Made by a program: the position numbers and the translations under genes. A stretch of DNA of 37,688 bases, taken from sequence record DRR723986_6670; one strand, written 5' to 3'. Positions within the stretch are counted from its first letter, which is position 1. Each line of letters starts with the position of its first letter. Of the stretch, positions 1 through 8,561 are shown piece after piece. The notes below the pieces were generated by a model that saw nothing but the letters and a program-made list of their open reading frames with translations, was not told where the DNA came from and searched no databases.

Positions 1-46
1 GCTCTCCGAGCCGTTTGCGCTTACGACTCGGAGAGCCGAGCAACAT
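1..46. repeat. REP-like palindrome, probably truncated by the window start
   Basis: GCTCTCCGAG (1-10) and CTCGGAGAGC (27-36) are perfect reverse complements; intergenic, downstream of the DUF3500 gene. Confidence 0.6.
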
Positions 47-86
47 TTCCCTGTTCTGGGAGGCAACGTCCTTGGCAGCCCCAGTG

Positions 87-120
87 CAGAATTGCCAGGT
101 GTGTCGCAGCGGCAATTCTG
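87..120 (-). terminator. Hairpin just downstream of the DUF3500 gene (terminator-like or REP-like)
   Basis: CAGAATTGCC (87-96) / GGCAATTCTG (111-120), a perfect 10-bp inverted repeat 12 nt past the stop; no clear U-tract. Confidence 0.4.
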
Positions 121-132
121 GCAGGCTGTGCG

Positions 133-1158
133 TTAGGCGTTCAGCTTAACAGAAGCATCTTCGGCGATATTTACCCACACGTGGACGTGCGGTGCTCCGC
201 GGAAGTGCCACACAAACGAGGGGCCTTCCAAACGCCAGTTGTCCCAGACTTTGTCCTTGCCAATGTCGCGGTCGGTGTAGAACGACAAGTGGCATGCGTC
301 CAAGCCGCCCTGCTTCTCGAGGCACTGCAGTGCTTCTTTGCGATCGGTCTTCCTAAACGGTTCTACCAACGATCCAAGCGTTTTCTGTAGTTGCTCCTTC
401 TGGTCGCCGCTAAGTTCGGTGACGGGAATGCCAGTGAAGTCTCCATCTTTGCCCTTGAATGCAACCGCTTGTTCACGAGGGGTTCTTCGAACCTCTGCAG
501 CTCGACGCTGTTTGCCGTCTAGCATCTTGTAAACCTGATTTGCCTCAACGGCTTGATTCCAAAACACATTGCCATGATGATCTGAATCTTCGTCTTCGTT
601 TGGGGCGTGACCGTAGAAAATTGGTCCACCGAATGCAACGCTGTCAGCAGAGTTGCCGTCGCAGCGAAGTGTCATGTGTCGTCCGGTCAAGACAAGCTCA
701 AACTTACCGTCGCCAGGCTTGCCGAAAATGCCGATGCTCTGTTCGCGGCCGAATCCACCGCAGTCGTCTTCTAATTGCTGGTCAAATTTTGCGTGCCACC
801 GCGGGTCAATGATGCCCTCAAAAATCTTTCGAATAAGATCCTTCTGTTCGCCATTGTAGAAATCGCCGAAAATCTCCTGCGAGTTGATGTTCCAGTTGTT
901 TGCTACTCGCGTTCGCAGCAACCCGCGGCGAGGATCCTGGTGATTCCAGTCGTAGCAAACCTTCGATTTTTGTTCGGGACGTAAGGTGTTGTAGAGTACT
1001 TCAACCAGCGATTCGGCCGAAGGATTCTTTGCCGCCATGGCCACCGCGCCGGGGAGGCACGATGCTGCCGTGATGGCCGCGGCGCCTTTGAGAAAATTGC
1101 GACGAGCTTGACTGTCTACGGGCTCTCGTTGCTGGGTATTCAGGACACGTACGTTCAT
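133..1158 (-). CDS. Tat-exported DUF3500-family protein
   Basis: Twin-arginine signal ARRNFLK plus hydrophobic stretch; two-repeat architecture; GRHMTL and C-terminal WHFRGAPHVHVW motifs. Confidence 0.75.
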   Translation of the reverse strand: MNVRVLNTQQREPVDSQARRNFLKGAAAITAASCLPGAVAMAAKNPSAESLVEVLYNTLRPEQKSKVCYDWNHQDPRRGLLRTRVANNWNINSQEIFGDFYNGEQKDLIRKIFEGIIDPRWHAKFDQQLEDDCGGFGREQSIGIFGKPGDGKFELVLTGRHMTLRCDGNSADSVAFGGPIFYGHAPNEDEDSDHHGNVFWNQAVEANQVYKMLDGKQRRAAEVRRTPREQAVAFKGKDGDFTGIPVTELSGDQKEQLQKTLGSLVEPFRKTDRKEALQCLEKQGGLDACHLSFYTDRDIGKDKVWDNWRLEGPSFVWHFRGAPHVHVWVNIAEDASVKLNA

Positions 1159-1382
1159 GGCTTGTTCCTTCTTTTACTATTTCCCAAGACGTCTCAAAGG
1201 CTTAGGCTTCAGAATTCTTTCGAATCGCAACCCAACAGCCTACCATGTTGTGAAGTGCCTTGCTGAAATCCCTGTTGCACGCCAAGGCCAACCGGAGCTG
1301 CAATTTTGCCAGTGACCGGACGAGCCGAGTGAGTCGCGGTCCGGGGTGGTAGCACCGAGTGCATTGGACGAAATCACCTGAA

Positions 1383-2594
1383 ATGGAGCCTACATTGCTA
1401 TCAAACGCGTTTGATTGGATCGATCAAGAGAGTCCCAGCATCACGTCGGATCTTGAGAGTCTGGCCGCTATCAACTCAGGCTCACGAAATCTGGAAGGGC
1501 TTGAGAGGTGCGCTCAGTGGCTGGCGAACAACATGCAGTTAGAAGGGGCCGAGTTTAGTCGGATCGATCTGCCGCAGGCGGAGGAATGCAATGAACAGGG
1601 TGAGCTAGTCGAATTTGAAACCAGTCAGGCTCTTCGTTGGAGCATTCGTCCCGGTGCAAGCAAGCAGATTTTGCTCGCGATTCACTACGACACCGTCTTT
1701 GGAGTAGAGCACTCGTTTCAGCAAGTCACACACCTTGGTGAAGGCAGAATGCAGGGGCCAGGTGTCGCCGACGCAAAAGGTGGCATACTCGTCATTCGCA
1801 CCGCGCTGCAGGCGATTGAGCGCTTTGGAATCGCCCCATCGCTCGGATGGACGGTGCTTCTGAACCCTGACGAGGAAATCGGCTCACCCCATTCGACGCC
1901 CTTGTTTAATCAGTTGGCCCCTGATTTTGACCAAGGTCTGTTGTTTGAACCTGCACTACCAACGGGGCAGCTCGTCGCAACTCGCGGTGGCTCAGGTAAT
2001 TACACACTGGTGGTCCGGGGCCGAGCGGCTCATGTTGGTCGGCACTTTGAAGACGGACGTAACGCAATTGCACGATTGAGTGAGGCATTCGTGCAACTAG
2101 ATCAGCTAAACGAATCGGAATCGGGATTCATTCTGAATACTGGTTATGTCCAAGGTGGGGAAGCGCTGAATGTCGTGCCAGAGTTGGCCATTGGGAAGTT
2201 CAATGTTCGCGTTTCCAGGGCCGAGCAGATTGCTTGGTTCGAAGACCGATTGTCACAAATCGTCGAAGAGATCAATCAGCGTGATGGTTACTCGATTTCA
2301 GTGCATGGTGGTGTAACGTCACCACCGAAAACTGACTCCGAAGAACTTCGCGAGCTGCGTGGTCGGGTTGAGCAGGCTTTCGAGCAATGTGGGCAACCAC
2401 CGATTGAGTGGATTCATACTCAAGGTGTATGTGACGGCAACAAACTGGCCGCGGCTGGGCTAGCGAACGTAGATTCCCTGGGGCCAATCGGTGGCGGTTT
2501 GCACTCAAGCGACGAATGGGTCGCCCTGCCAAGCATCGGTGATCGAGCAAAAATCGTGGTTGCTATTTTCCACGCAATGCAGCAACGGATATGA
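1383..2594 (+). CDS. M20-family metallo-amidohydrolase (ArgE/DapE/carboxypeptidase G2-like); candidate N-succinyl-amino-acid desuccinylase
   Basis: Motifs HYDTV, GPGVADAKGG, PDEEIGS, FEP, GRAAHVG, GVCDGN, LHSSDEW; ATG at 1383 preferred over GTG at 1359. Confidence 0.85.
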   Translation: MEPTLLSNAFDWIDQESPSITSDLESLAAINSGSRNLEGLERCAQWLANNMQLEGAEFSRIDLPQAEECNEQGELVEFETSQALRWSIRPGASKQILLAIHYDTVFGVEHSFQQVTHLGEGRMQGPGVADAKGGILVIRTALQAIERFGIAPSLGWTVLLNPDEEIGSPHSTPLFNQLAPDFDQGLLFEPALPTGQLVATRGGSGNYTLVVRGRAAHVGRHFEDGRNAIARLSEAFVQLDQLNESESGFILNTGYVQGGEALNVVPELAIGKFNVRVSRAEQIAWFEDRLSQIVEEINQRDGYSISVHGGVTSPPKTDSEELRELRGRVEQAFEQCGQPPIEWIHTQGVCDGNKLAAAGLANVDSLGPIGGGLHSSDEWVALPSIGDRAKIVVAIFHAMQQRI

Positions 2595-2640
2595 TGCTGA
2601 CTCGTTAGTTTCAGTTCAAACCCTGAACGAAAGATATACC

Positions 2641-4026
2641 ATGGCGGACGAACCAACTTTGGCTGCGGATTCGCTGTTGAATGACCCGAGGGTACAGCAA
2701 GCCCGAGAGCTCTTGATTGCGGCGGTATCCGATCATCAGGCCGCGATCGATGAAGTTCGATCTCCAAATCCAGCTTTGAAAGAAGCCTACGAACGGGATT
2801 TAGACGCGTTGGCCGCAGCCCGAGGTGGGAAGACCTACTTTCCGTACCTCGCCAGCGGGATCGGCAACGGTCCGTGGGTTGAACTGGGCGATGGCAGCGT
2901 CAAACTCGACTTCATCTCCGGTATCGGCGTCCATGGTTTGGGGCACAGTCATCCGAGCCTAGTTTCTGCGGGCATCGATGGGGCCTTGGCAGACACTGTC
3001 ATGCAAGGCAACTTGCAACACAACCAAGCCAGCCGCCGAGCGGCTGAAAAGATGGTCAAGCTATCGCGGCAGCAGGGGGCTGAACTTGCGCATTGTCTAC
3101 TGACGACCAGTGGAGCGATGGCCAATGAGAACGCGCTCAAGATTGCGATGCACAATCGCCAGCCGGCGGATCGACTGATCGCGTTGGACAACTGCTTTGC
3201 TGGCAGGTCGATTGCAACGGCGCAGTTGACTGACCGACCAAAGTACCGTGATGGGCTGCCGACTGCGTTGGCCGTGGACTACATCCCGCCAGCGGATCCA
3301 GAGCACTCAGAAGAATCGATGCAGCGATCAGTTGCCGCGCTTGACAAACATCTGCGCCGGCATCCTGGGAAGTATGCTGCAATATGGATCGAGTTGGTAG
3401 CAGGGGAGGGCGGCTACTACCCTGGTTCAACGGAGTATTTCAATCGGTTGATTCAGCGAGCCAAGCAAGATGACATTCTGGTTATCTTTGATGAGGTTCA
3501 GACGTTTGGGCGGCTGAGCCAACCCTTCGCGTTCCAGCACTTTGGTTTGGACTCGAGTGCCGATATCGTGACGGTTGGAAAAATAACGCAGCTTTGCGCT
3601 ACGCTCTATCGAGAAGAGCTCAAGCCGAAGGCACCAATCCTCAGTCAGACATTCACAGCGTCATCTAGTGCCATCGAGGCCTGCTTGGCGACGTTAGAAG
3701 AGATGGAGAAGAACCATTGTTTTGGTGCAACAGGGCGCAATCTTGCCTTGCACAACTATTTCGCTGATGGCCTGGAAAACCTTGCGAAGAAGCATCCCGG
3801 AAAGCTGAGCGGTCCCTACGGGAGTGGCATGATGGTTGCGTTTACTCCCGGCGATGGTACGCCCGAGGCGGCCAATGAATTGACCAAGCACTTGTTCGAA
3901 CTCGGATTGATGGCCTTTGTAGCGGGCGGGAACCCTTCGCGGATTCGGTTCCTGCCTCCACCGGCGGTGACCCAAGAGAAGCACATTGATGCAGCGCTGG
4001 AGATCATCGAAAAAGCAATTGCCTAG
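2641..4026 (+). CDS. Class III PLP aminotransferase (succinylornithine/acetylornithine aminotransferase-like, probable AstC role)
   Basis: LDFISGIG, SGAMANENALK, ELVAGEGG, FDEVQT, VTVGK (PLP lysine), RIRFLPP; start at ATG 2641, after the M20 stop. Confidence 0.85.
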   Translation: MADEPTLAADSLLNDPRVQQARELLIAAVSDHQAAIDEVRSPNPALKEAYERDLDALAAARGGKTYFPYLASGIGNGPWVELGDGSVKLDFISGIGVHGLGHSHPSLVSAGIDGALADTVMQGNLQHNQASRRAAEKMVKLSRQQGAELAHCLLTTSGAMANENALKIAMHNRQPADRLIALDNCFAGRSIATAQLTDRPKYRDGLPTALAVDYIPPADPEHSEESMQRSVAALDKHLRRHPGKYAAIWIELVAGEGGYYPGSTEYFNRLIQRAKQDDILVIFDEVQTFGRLSQPFAFQHFGLDSSADIVTVGKITQLCATLYREELKPKAPILSQTFTASSSAIEACLATLEEMEKNHCFGATGRNLALHNYFADGLENLAKKHPGKLSGPYGSGMMVAFTPGDGTPEAANELTKHLFELGLMAFVAGGNPSRIRFLPPPAVTQEKHIDAALEIIEKAIA

Positions 4027-4069
4027 CAGGCTCCATGCAAGCACCAAAGAGCGTGTTGTAGTCGCAGCT

Positions 4070-5785
4070 TTACGGCGATTCTGGGTAGCGGGTTAACGCC
4101 CAAGTTGCCGCGAGACCAAGCGGATCTGGGGCAGTCGGTGCCACTGATTCGAGCTGGTCTTTCGTGTTGGGGGCTTGGATCATTCCGAGTGCCAGTGCGG
4201 AAGCGTACTTAACAATCGGTTCTTCTGGAGAGTTTGGGCTGTTATCCATCATTCGCTGTGCGAAGGTGCTACCCAGTTTAGGGTCTTTGCTCCTGGCATG
4301 GATGCGGCCCAGCGCCCAGATTGCAGCCGCGCGAGTCGAAGTCTGCATCTTCTGTTCCGCTTTCGGTACATAGGTTTGCAATACGTCCGCAGCCGGAGCG
4401 TATTGAGTTCTACCAAACGCACCCATCAAGAACGCATTCTTGGCCACTTCGTGCGGTGCGATGCCGATGACGGTCTTTTCCAGTCGCGCAGTGAAGTCCT
4501 CCAAGGTAGGGAGCATCTTCTCCAGGACCTTCGGTGAACGCACGATTTCCTGCAAACCCCAGGCGGCTCGGGTGTTGAGCGCCGGTCGCGGGTGATCCAA
4601 CAGGGGCACCATCTGGACGCAGGCCTGTTCCAATCGCAGAGCGACCGCCAAATTGATAGCTTCCTCGGCACCGGTTGGAAAATCGCCCTTCAGATAGTAG
4701 GCGACTGCTTGAATAACAAATTGTTGCTTCTCTGGGGATTCTTCTTGACGACGAAGCATATTGTTGCGAACGGCGGCGCGAATTTCGGGAACCGCGTCAC
4801 GAAGCGCGTAACCCTGTTCACGTAGATGCTCGATCTTATCGGACGTTGAATAGAGCATGACTGCCTGCATTCGAACGTTGCTGTTCGGATCTTTTAGGAG
4901 CGGTTTCGCAAGAGAGAAGGCGAGTTCTTTATTGCTTGCGACGATCGATTCGAAAGCGGTCGCTTTGCCCAGTGCGTCAGGTTTCTCAACGATAGAGGTC
5001 AGGATCTTTTGGGCTTCCGCAGAACTGTGATTCCGGAGAATGTGCGCAGCCAACAGCGTTCCCATTGGTTCAACAGAAAGCTGTTGGGCGGCAAGGCTTT
5101 CCTGACCAGTCGAGGTGATGTTGCCAAGTGCCTTGACGATTTGGAGCCGAGTAGGGTCCGATACCCAGTCCGATGTCAGAATTGCCTGTAGGGTTTCAGC
5201 ATCGCTGGCTTCGCCGGCAGCCCCGAGACCGCGAAGTGCAAGTTGCAGTGATTCGCTTTCGCTGGTCGCTGTGTTCAGCACGCTTCGCCAGTGATCAAGG
5301 GCAACTGGATTCTTCCAACTGACCAGCGCTGCCTGCATAGTCGCCGACATGGCTGGATCTGTAGAAGCGATCTCCCAAAGCTCCTGCGCTTTTGATTCGT
5401 CTGCCAATGCGATTGCGGCGGACAGAAAAGCAAGCTTGGCGCGTCGGTCCGTGATATTTGGTGCCCGCAAGAGTTCCATTACGCGAGGTAGCGCCTGAGG
5501 GTCTGCCTGAAATTGATCTTCCTGCGTTAGCAGCACGATTCGTCGTGACTCTTCGACACTCTCGGCCAGCACTTCCGAGTTCAATTTGCCCATATCGATC
5601 GTGGCAATTCTCGGTTGTGGTTGCTCAAGCCACACTGCATCCAACGCGGGCGCTCGCTGCCACAGAGGCAGCATTTCAAAACTCTCTGGCGTCTGTGCTA
5701 CCGTCGCCGATCCACCCACGCTACCGGTCGCCAACAGAGCTGTGCAACTGAACAGTAGGATTTCGTTTAAGTACTTGTGCGACAT
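4070..5785 (-). CDS. Exported HEAT/ARM-repeat protein
   Basis: Repeated helical motifs (LLKDPNSNVRMQAV, RAAAIWALGRI, VKYASALALGMI); signal-like N-terminus from MSHKYLNE (ATG 5785). Confidence 0.75.
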   Translation of the reverse strand: MSHKYLNEILLFSCTALLATGSVGGSATVAQTPESFEMLPLWQRAPALDAVWLEQPQPRIATIDMGKLNSEVLAESVEESRRIVLLTQEDQFQADPQALPRVMELLRAPNITDRRAKLAFLSAAIALADESKAQELWEIASTDPAMSATMQAALVSWKNPVALDHWRSVLNTATSESESLQLALRGLGAAGEASDAETLQAILTSDWVSDPTRLQIVKALGNITSTGQESLAAQQLSVEPMGTLLAAHILRNHSSAEAQKILTSIVEKPDALGKATAFESIVASNKELAFSLAKPLLKDPNSNVRMQAVMLYSTSDKIEHLREQGYALRDAVPEIRAAVRNNMLRRQEESPEKQQFVIQAVAYYLKGDFPTGAEEAINLAVALRLEQACVQMVPLLDHPRPALNTRAAWGLQEIVRSPKVLEKMLPTLEDFTARLEKTVIGIAPHEVAKNAFLMGAFGRTQYAPAADVLQTYVPKAEQKMQTSTRAAAIWALGRIHARSKDPKLGSTFAQRMMDNSPNSPEEPIVKYASALALGMIQAPNTKDQLESVAPTAPDPLGLAATWALTRYPESP

Positions 5786-5862
5786 TTTGAAATGTTCTGC
5801 GTGATGTGCAATTCGTGTTGAGGGGCTTCGCCCTGCTGATAGCTGAACCGGTGAACAGACGG

Positions 5863-7518
5863 CTAGTCGGGCCGTGTCATTCGCCAAATGCGAACACTGA
5901 GAATCACCAAGAATGAGACCGATACGGCGATGCCAATCCACCATGACATGGGTGTTAGGCTGTATTGTTCGAATCCAGGCGTTTGTGTCTCGCTAAGGGC
6001 TGCCGCAGCCGGGTTGAACATCAGGACGCGTTCAACAAAAACTGGTCCGAATGGTCGACCGCGTGCAAGCCAGACGAGAAGGGTTCCAGCAAAAATTGCG
6101 AGCAGGAAACCGTAGCTGGTGGCAGTAGCGGTAGGCGTCGTCTTGCAAAAAGCACTTACGCAGGCGCTGATGGCAATCACCATGAAGACCGCAACTAGCA
6201 GCGAAATGACTACGTTGCCAACTTGGCCGCTCATTGCAGGCTGGATATAGCTCATGACCAGATAGCCAGGCAATGTCGCCAACAGGATAAGCAACATAGT
6301 CAGGACCACGCTGGCAATCTTGCCGAATACAATGCGAAACGCCGAAATTGGTGTGACACGTAGGATCTGCCAGCCGCCACTTTCAACTTCTGACGCAATT
6401 AAGTTCGCGCCCAAGCTGGGACCGATCAGCAGCAAGAGTGCGATCTGCATCAGGACCATGGCGCCAGCGATGCGATCTACGCCAAGTTCCGTTGTGCCAC
6501 TTGCAGCCACAACGGTCAACAAGAGCGACACGATCGCACACAAGGAAACCAGCCGGATAAGCCAGTGAAGACGCCCGAACTTACGCGTGCGAAACTCCTT
6601 CACCATGACTGGATTAAGCCATCCTGGAATGCCGGCCTTGCGTTTATTTGGGTCAACCAGATAGGCGATACGCCGGAAGAAACCTTGTTTCTCGGCTCCC
6701 TTGCCCATTACTTTTCCAACGGGGCGAGCGCGGTCCAGCAGAAGCGGGTCGAGTTTTCGAACGGTAATGATCGAGAGTACAAGTGTGATTAGTAGACTGA
6801 TCACGATGTATTCAATCCAGCCGCTGTTGGTTCCCAGAGCGTTGGCCAAACCTTGATCGCCAACGATGTCCTGCAAGGCAACAATTGGAGACGCTGCTGC
6901 AATCCACTGGGCAGCCTGAGATGCGAGCCCTGGCATTGATCCAACTAGAACGATTGGCCCCAGCGTGAGGACAGCAAGTGCCAAAACGGCCGCGTAAGTC
7001 CAGCGGAGCGAGCCATCGCTTGAGGAACTGCGAATGCTGATCCATAGACCAAGGGCCGAATACTGAATCGCCATTACGACCAGCACGATACCCAGTGGAA
7101 TGACTTGTCCGCCCAGTGAAATCCCGCCCATTGCCAGGCAGGCACACAGTGCGGGCAGGCTAACAGAGATAAGCACCAGGGATAGTAGGGCGTTGCTGAG
7201 TAGTTTGCCGAGGTAAATTTTGATCGGCGACATCGGACTGTTGAGCAGCAGGCCGAGTGTTCCACGCCGGCGTTCCGTCACGACAGACGTCGCGGGGAAG
7301 GCGGGAACAAGCATCATGACCGCCAATGTCAGTGCGTAAGCGAGTGGCCGGAAGACTAGCACAGCTCCCTGGCTAACGACATCGATGGAATCGCCAGTCG
7401 GCCAACGCAGTAGGACCAGAACGCAACTGATTAGCGCGAGTACTGCAATGGCAGCAACGGTCTTCAATGATCGAAGACGCGAAAGCAATTCACGCTGCAA
7501 TATAGGATTCTGAAGCAT
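5863..7518 (-). CDS. ABC-2/GldF-like exporter permease with two tandem permease halves
   Basis: Two repeats starting NPILQREL and NPVMVKEF, each with an E-x-x-x-G-x-L/W motif (ERRRGTL, EVESGGW) and about 6 TM helices. Confidence 0.85.
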   Translation of the reverse strand: MLQNPILQRELLSRLRSLKTVAAIAVLALISCVLVLLRWPTGDSIDVVSQGAVLVFRPLAYALTLAVMMLVPAFPATSVVTERRRGTLGLLLNSPMSPIKIYLGKLLSNALLSLVLISVSLPALCACLAMGGISLGGQVIPLGIVLVVMAIQYSALGLWISIRSSSSDGSLRWTYAAVLALAVLTLGPIVLVGSMPGLASQAAQWIAAASPIVALQDIVGDQGLANALGTNSGWIEYIVISLLITLVLSIITVRKLDPLLLDRARPVGKVMGKGAEKQGFFRRIAYLVDPNKRKAGIPGWLNPVMVKEFRTRKFGRLHWLIRLVSLCAIVSLLLTVVAASGTTELGVDRIAGAMVLMQIALLLLIGPSLGANLIASEVESGGWQILRVTPISAFRIVFGKIASVVLTMLLILLATLPGYLVMSYIQPAMSGQVGNVVISLLVAVFMVIAISACVSAFCKTTPTATATSYGFLLAIFAGTLLVWLARGRPFGPVFVERVLMFNPAAAALSETQTPGFEQYSLTPMSWWIGIAVSVSFLVILSVRIWRMTRPD

Positions 7519-7541
7519 CAGGATGTTCGTGTATGTGGAGA

Positions 7542-8489
7542 TCAGGAGTTGGCGACAGATAGAAATGCATCTTCGAGATCACTGGCGACCTCGCGGAACT
7601 GAACAACAGAGATGCCACCTGAGACAAGTTTTGCCAGGACGCTTGAGAGCTCATCTTCGCTATCGGCGGTGGGGAAGCGGATAGTTCTTTCCTGTCGCGA
7701 AACGGATATGTCGCCTTCGATGAATGAGGAAAGGAGTTGTTCAGCGGCCTGGAGGTCATCCGACTGAGCCAACTGGACTTCGTAGCTTCGCATCGGGCAA
7801 AGGCTCTTCATGACTTCGTCTAGTTCGCCGAAAGCGCGAAGTTTTCCACCGGTGATGATGGCGACAGTGTCACAAATTCGTGCCAACTCCGGGAGGATGT
7901 GGCTGGTCACGATGAGCGTTTTTCCTTCCGCAGCAAGCCGAAGGAGGATTTCCCGCATTTCGATTCGTGCTTTCGGATCCAGACCGTTGGCTGGTTCGTC
8001 GAAAATGAGTACTTCGGGGTCGTGAAGCAGCGTTCGGGCAATGCCAACACGTTGTTGCATCCCGTGACTCAAGCTTTCCACGAACTTGTCTTGCATGTAA
8101 GCGGAGTTTGTGATCTCCATCACTTCCTCGATCCGCTTTCGGCGATCTTTTGCTCGGATGCCAAACACGGCCCCGAAGAAATCGAGGTACTCTCGGACTC
8201 GCATGTTGTCGTAGGAGCCGAACTTGTCAGGCATGTAGCCGACCAAGTGTTTGATCTTGCCAGCTTCTTCGCTGCAGTTCACGCCAGCGATTCGGGCGGT
8301 GCCGGATGTGGGCTTTGACAGACCGACCAAAATTTTGATCGTTGTTGTCTTCCCGGCACCATTGGGCCCGATAAAGCCAAGAATGCGACCGCGGTCGACG
8401 TGAATGTCTAGGTTATCCAGGGCGCAAAACTCACCGTATCGCTTGGTGAGGCCCTCAGTTAATACGACTGGTTCGTTGCCACTGCTCAT
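7542..8489 (-). CDS. ABC transporter ATP-binding protein (exporter type)
   Basis: Walker A GPNGAGKTT, signature LSHGMQQR, Walker B LIFDEP, H-loop VTSH. Confidence 0.95.
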   Translation of the reverse strand: MSSGNEPVVLTEGLTKRYGEFCALDNLDIHVDRGRILGFIGPNGAGKTTTIKILVGLSKPTSGTARIAGVNCSEEAGKIKHLVGYMPDKFGSYDNMRVREYLDFFGAVFGIRAKDRRKRIEEVMEITNSAYMQDKFVESLSHGMQQRVGIARTLLHDPEVLIFDEPANGLDPKARIEMREILLRLAAEGKTLIVTSHILPELARICDTVAIITGGKLRAFGELDEVMKSLCPMRSYEVQLAQSDDLQAAEQLLSSFIEGDISVSRQERTIRFPTADSEDELSSVLAKLVSGGISVVQFREVASDLEDAFLSVANS

Positions 8490-8561
8490 GATGATCGACG
8501 GTGCAAACAGGTGAAAAGTAAGTGGTGTTTGTTTTGACGCTAGCTTATGAGGCGAGTACGG

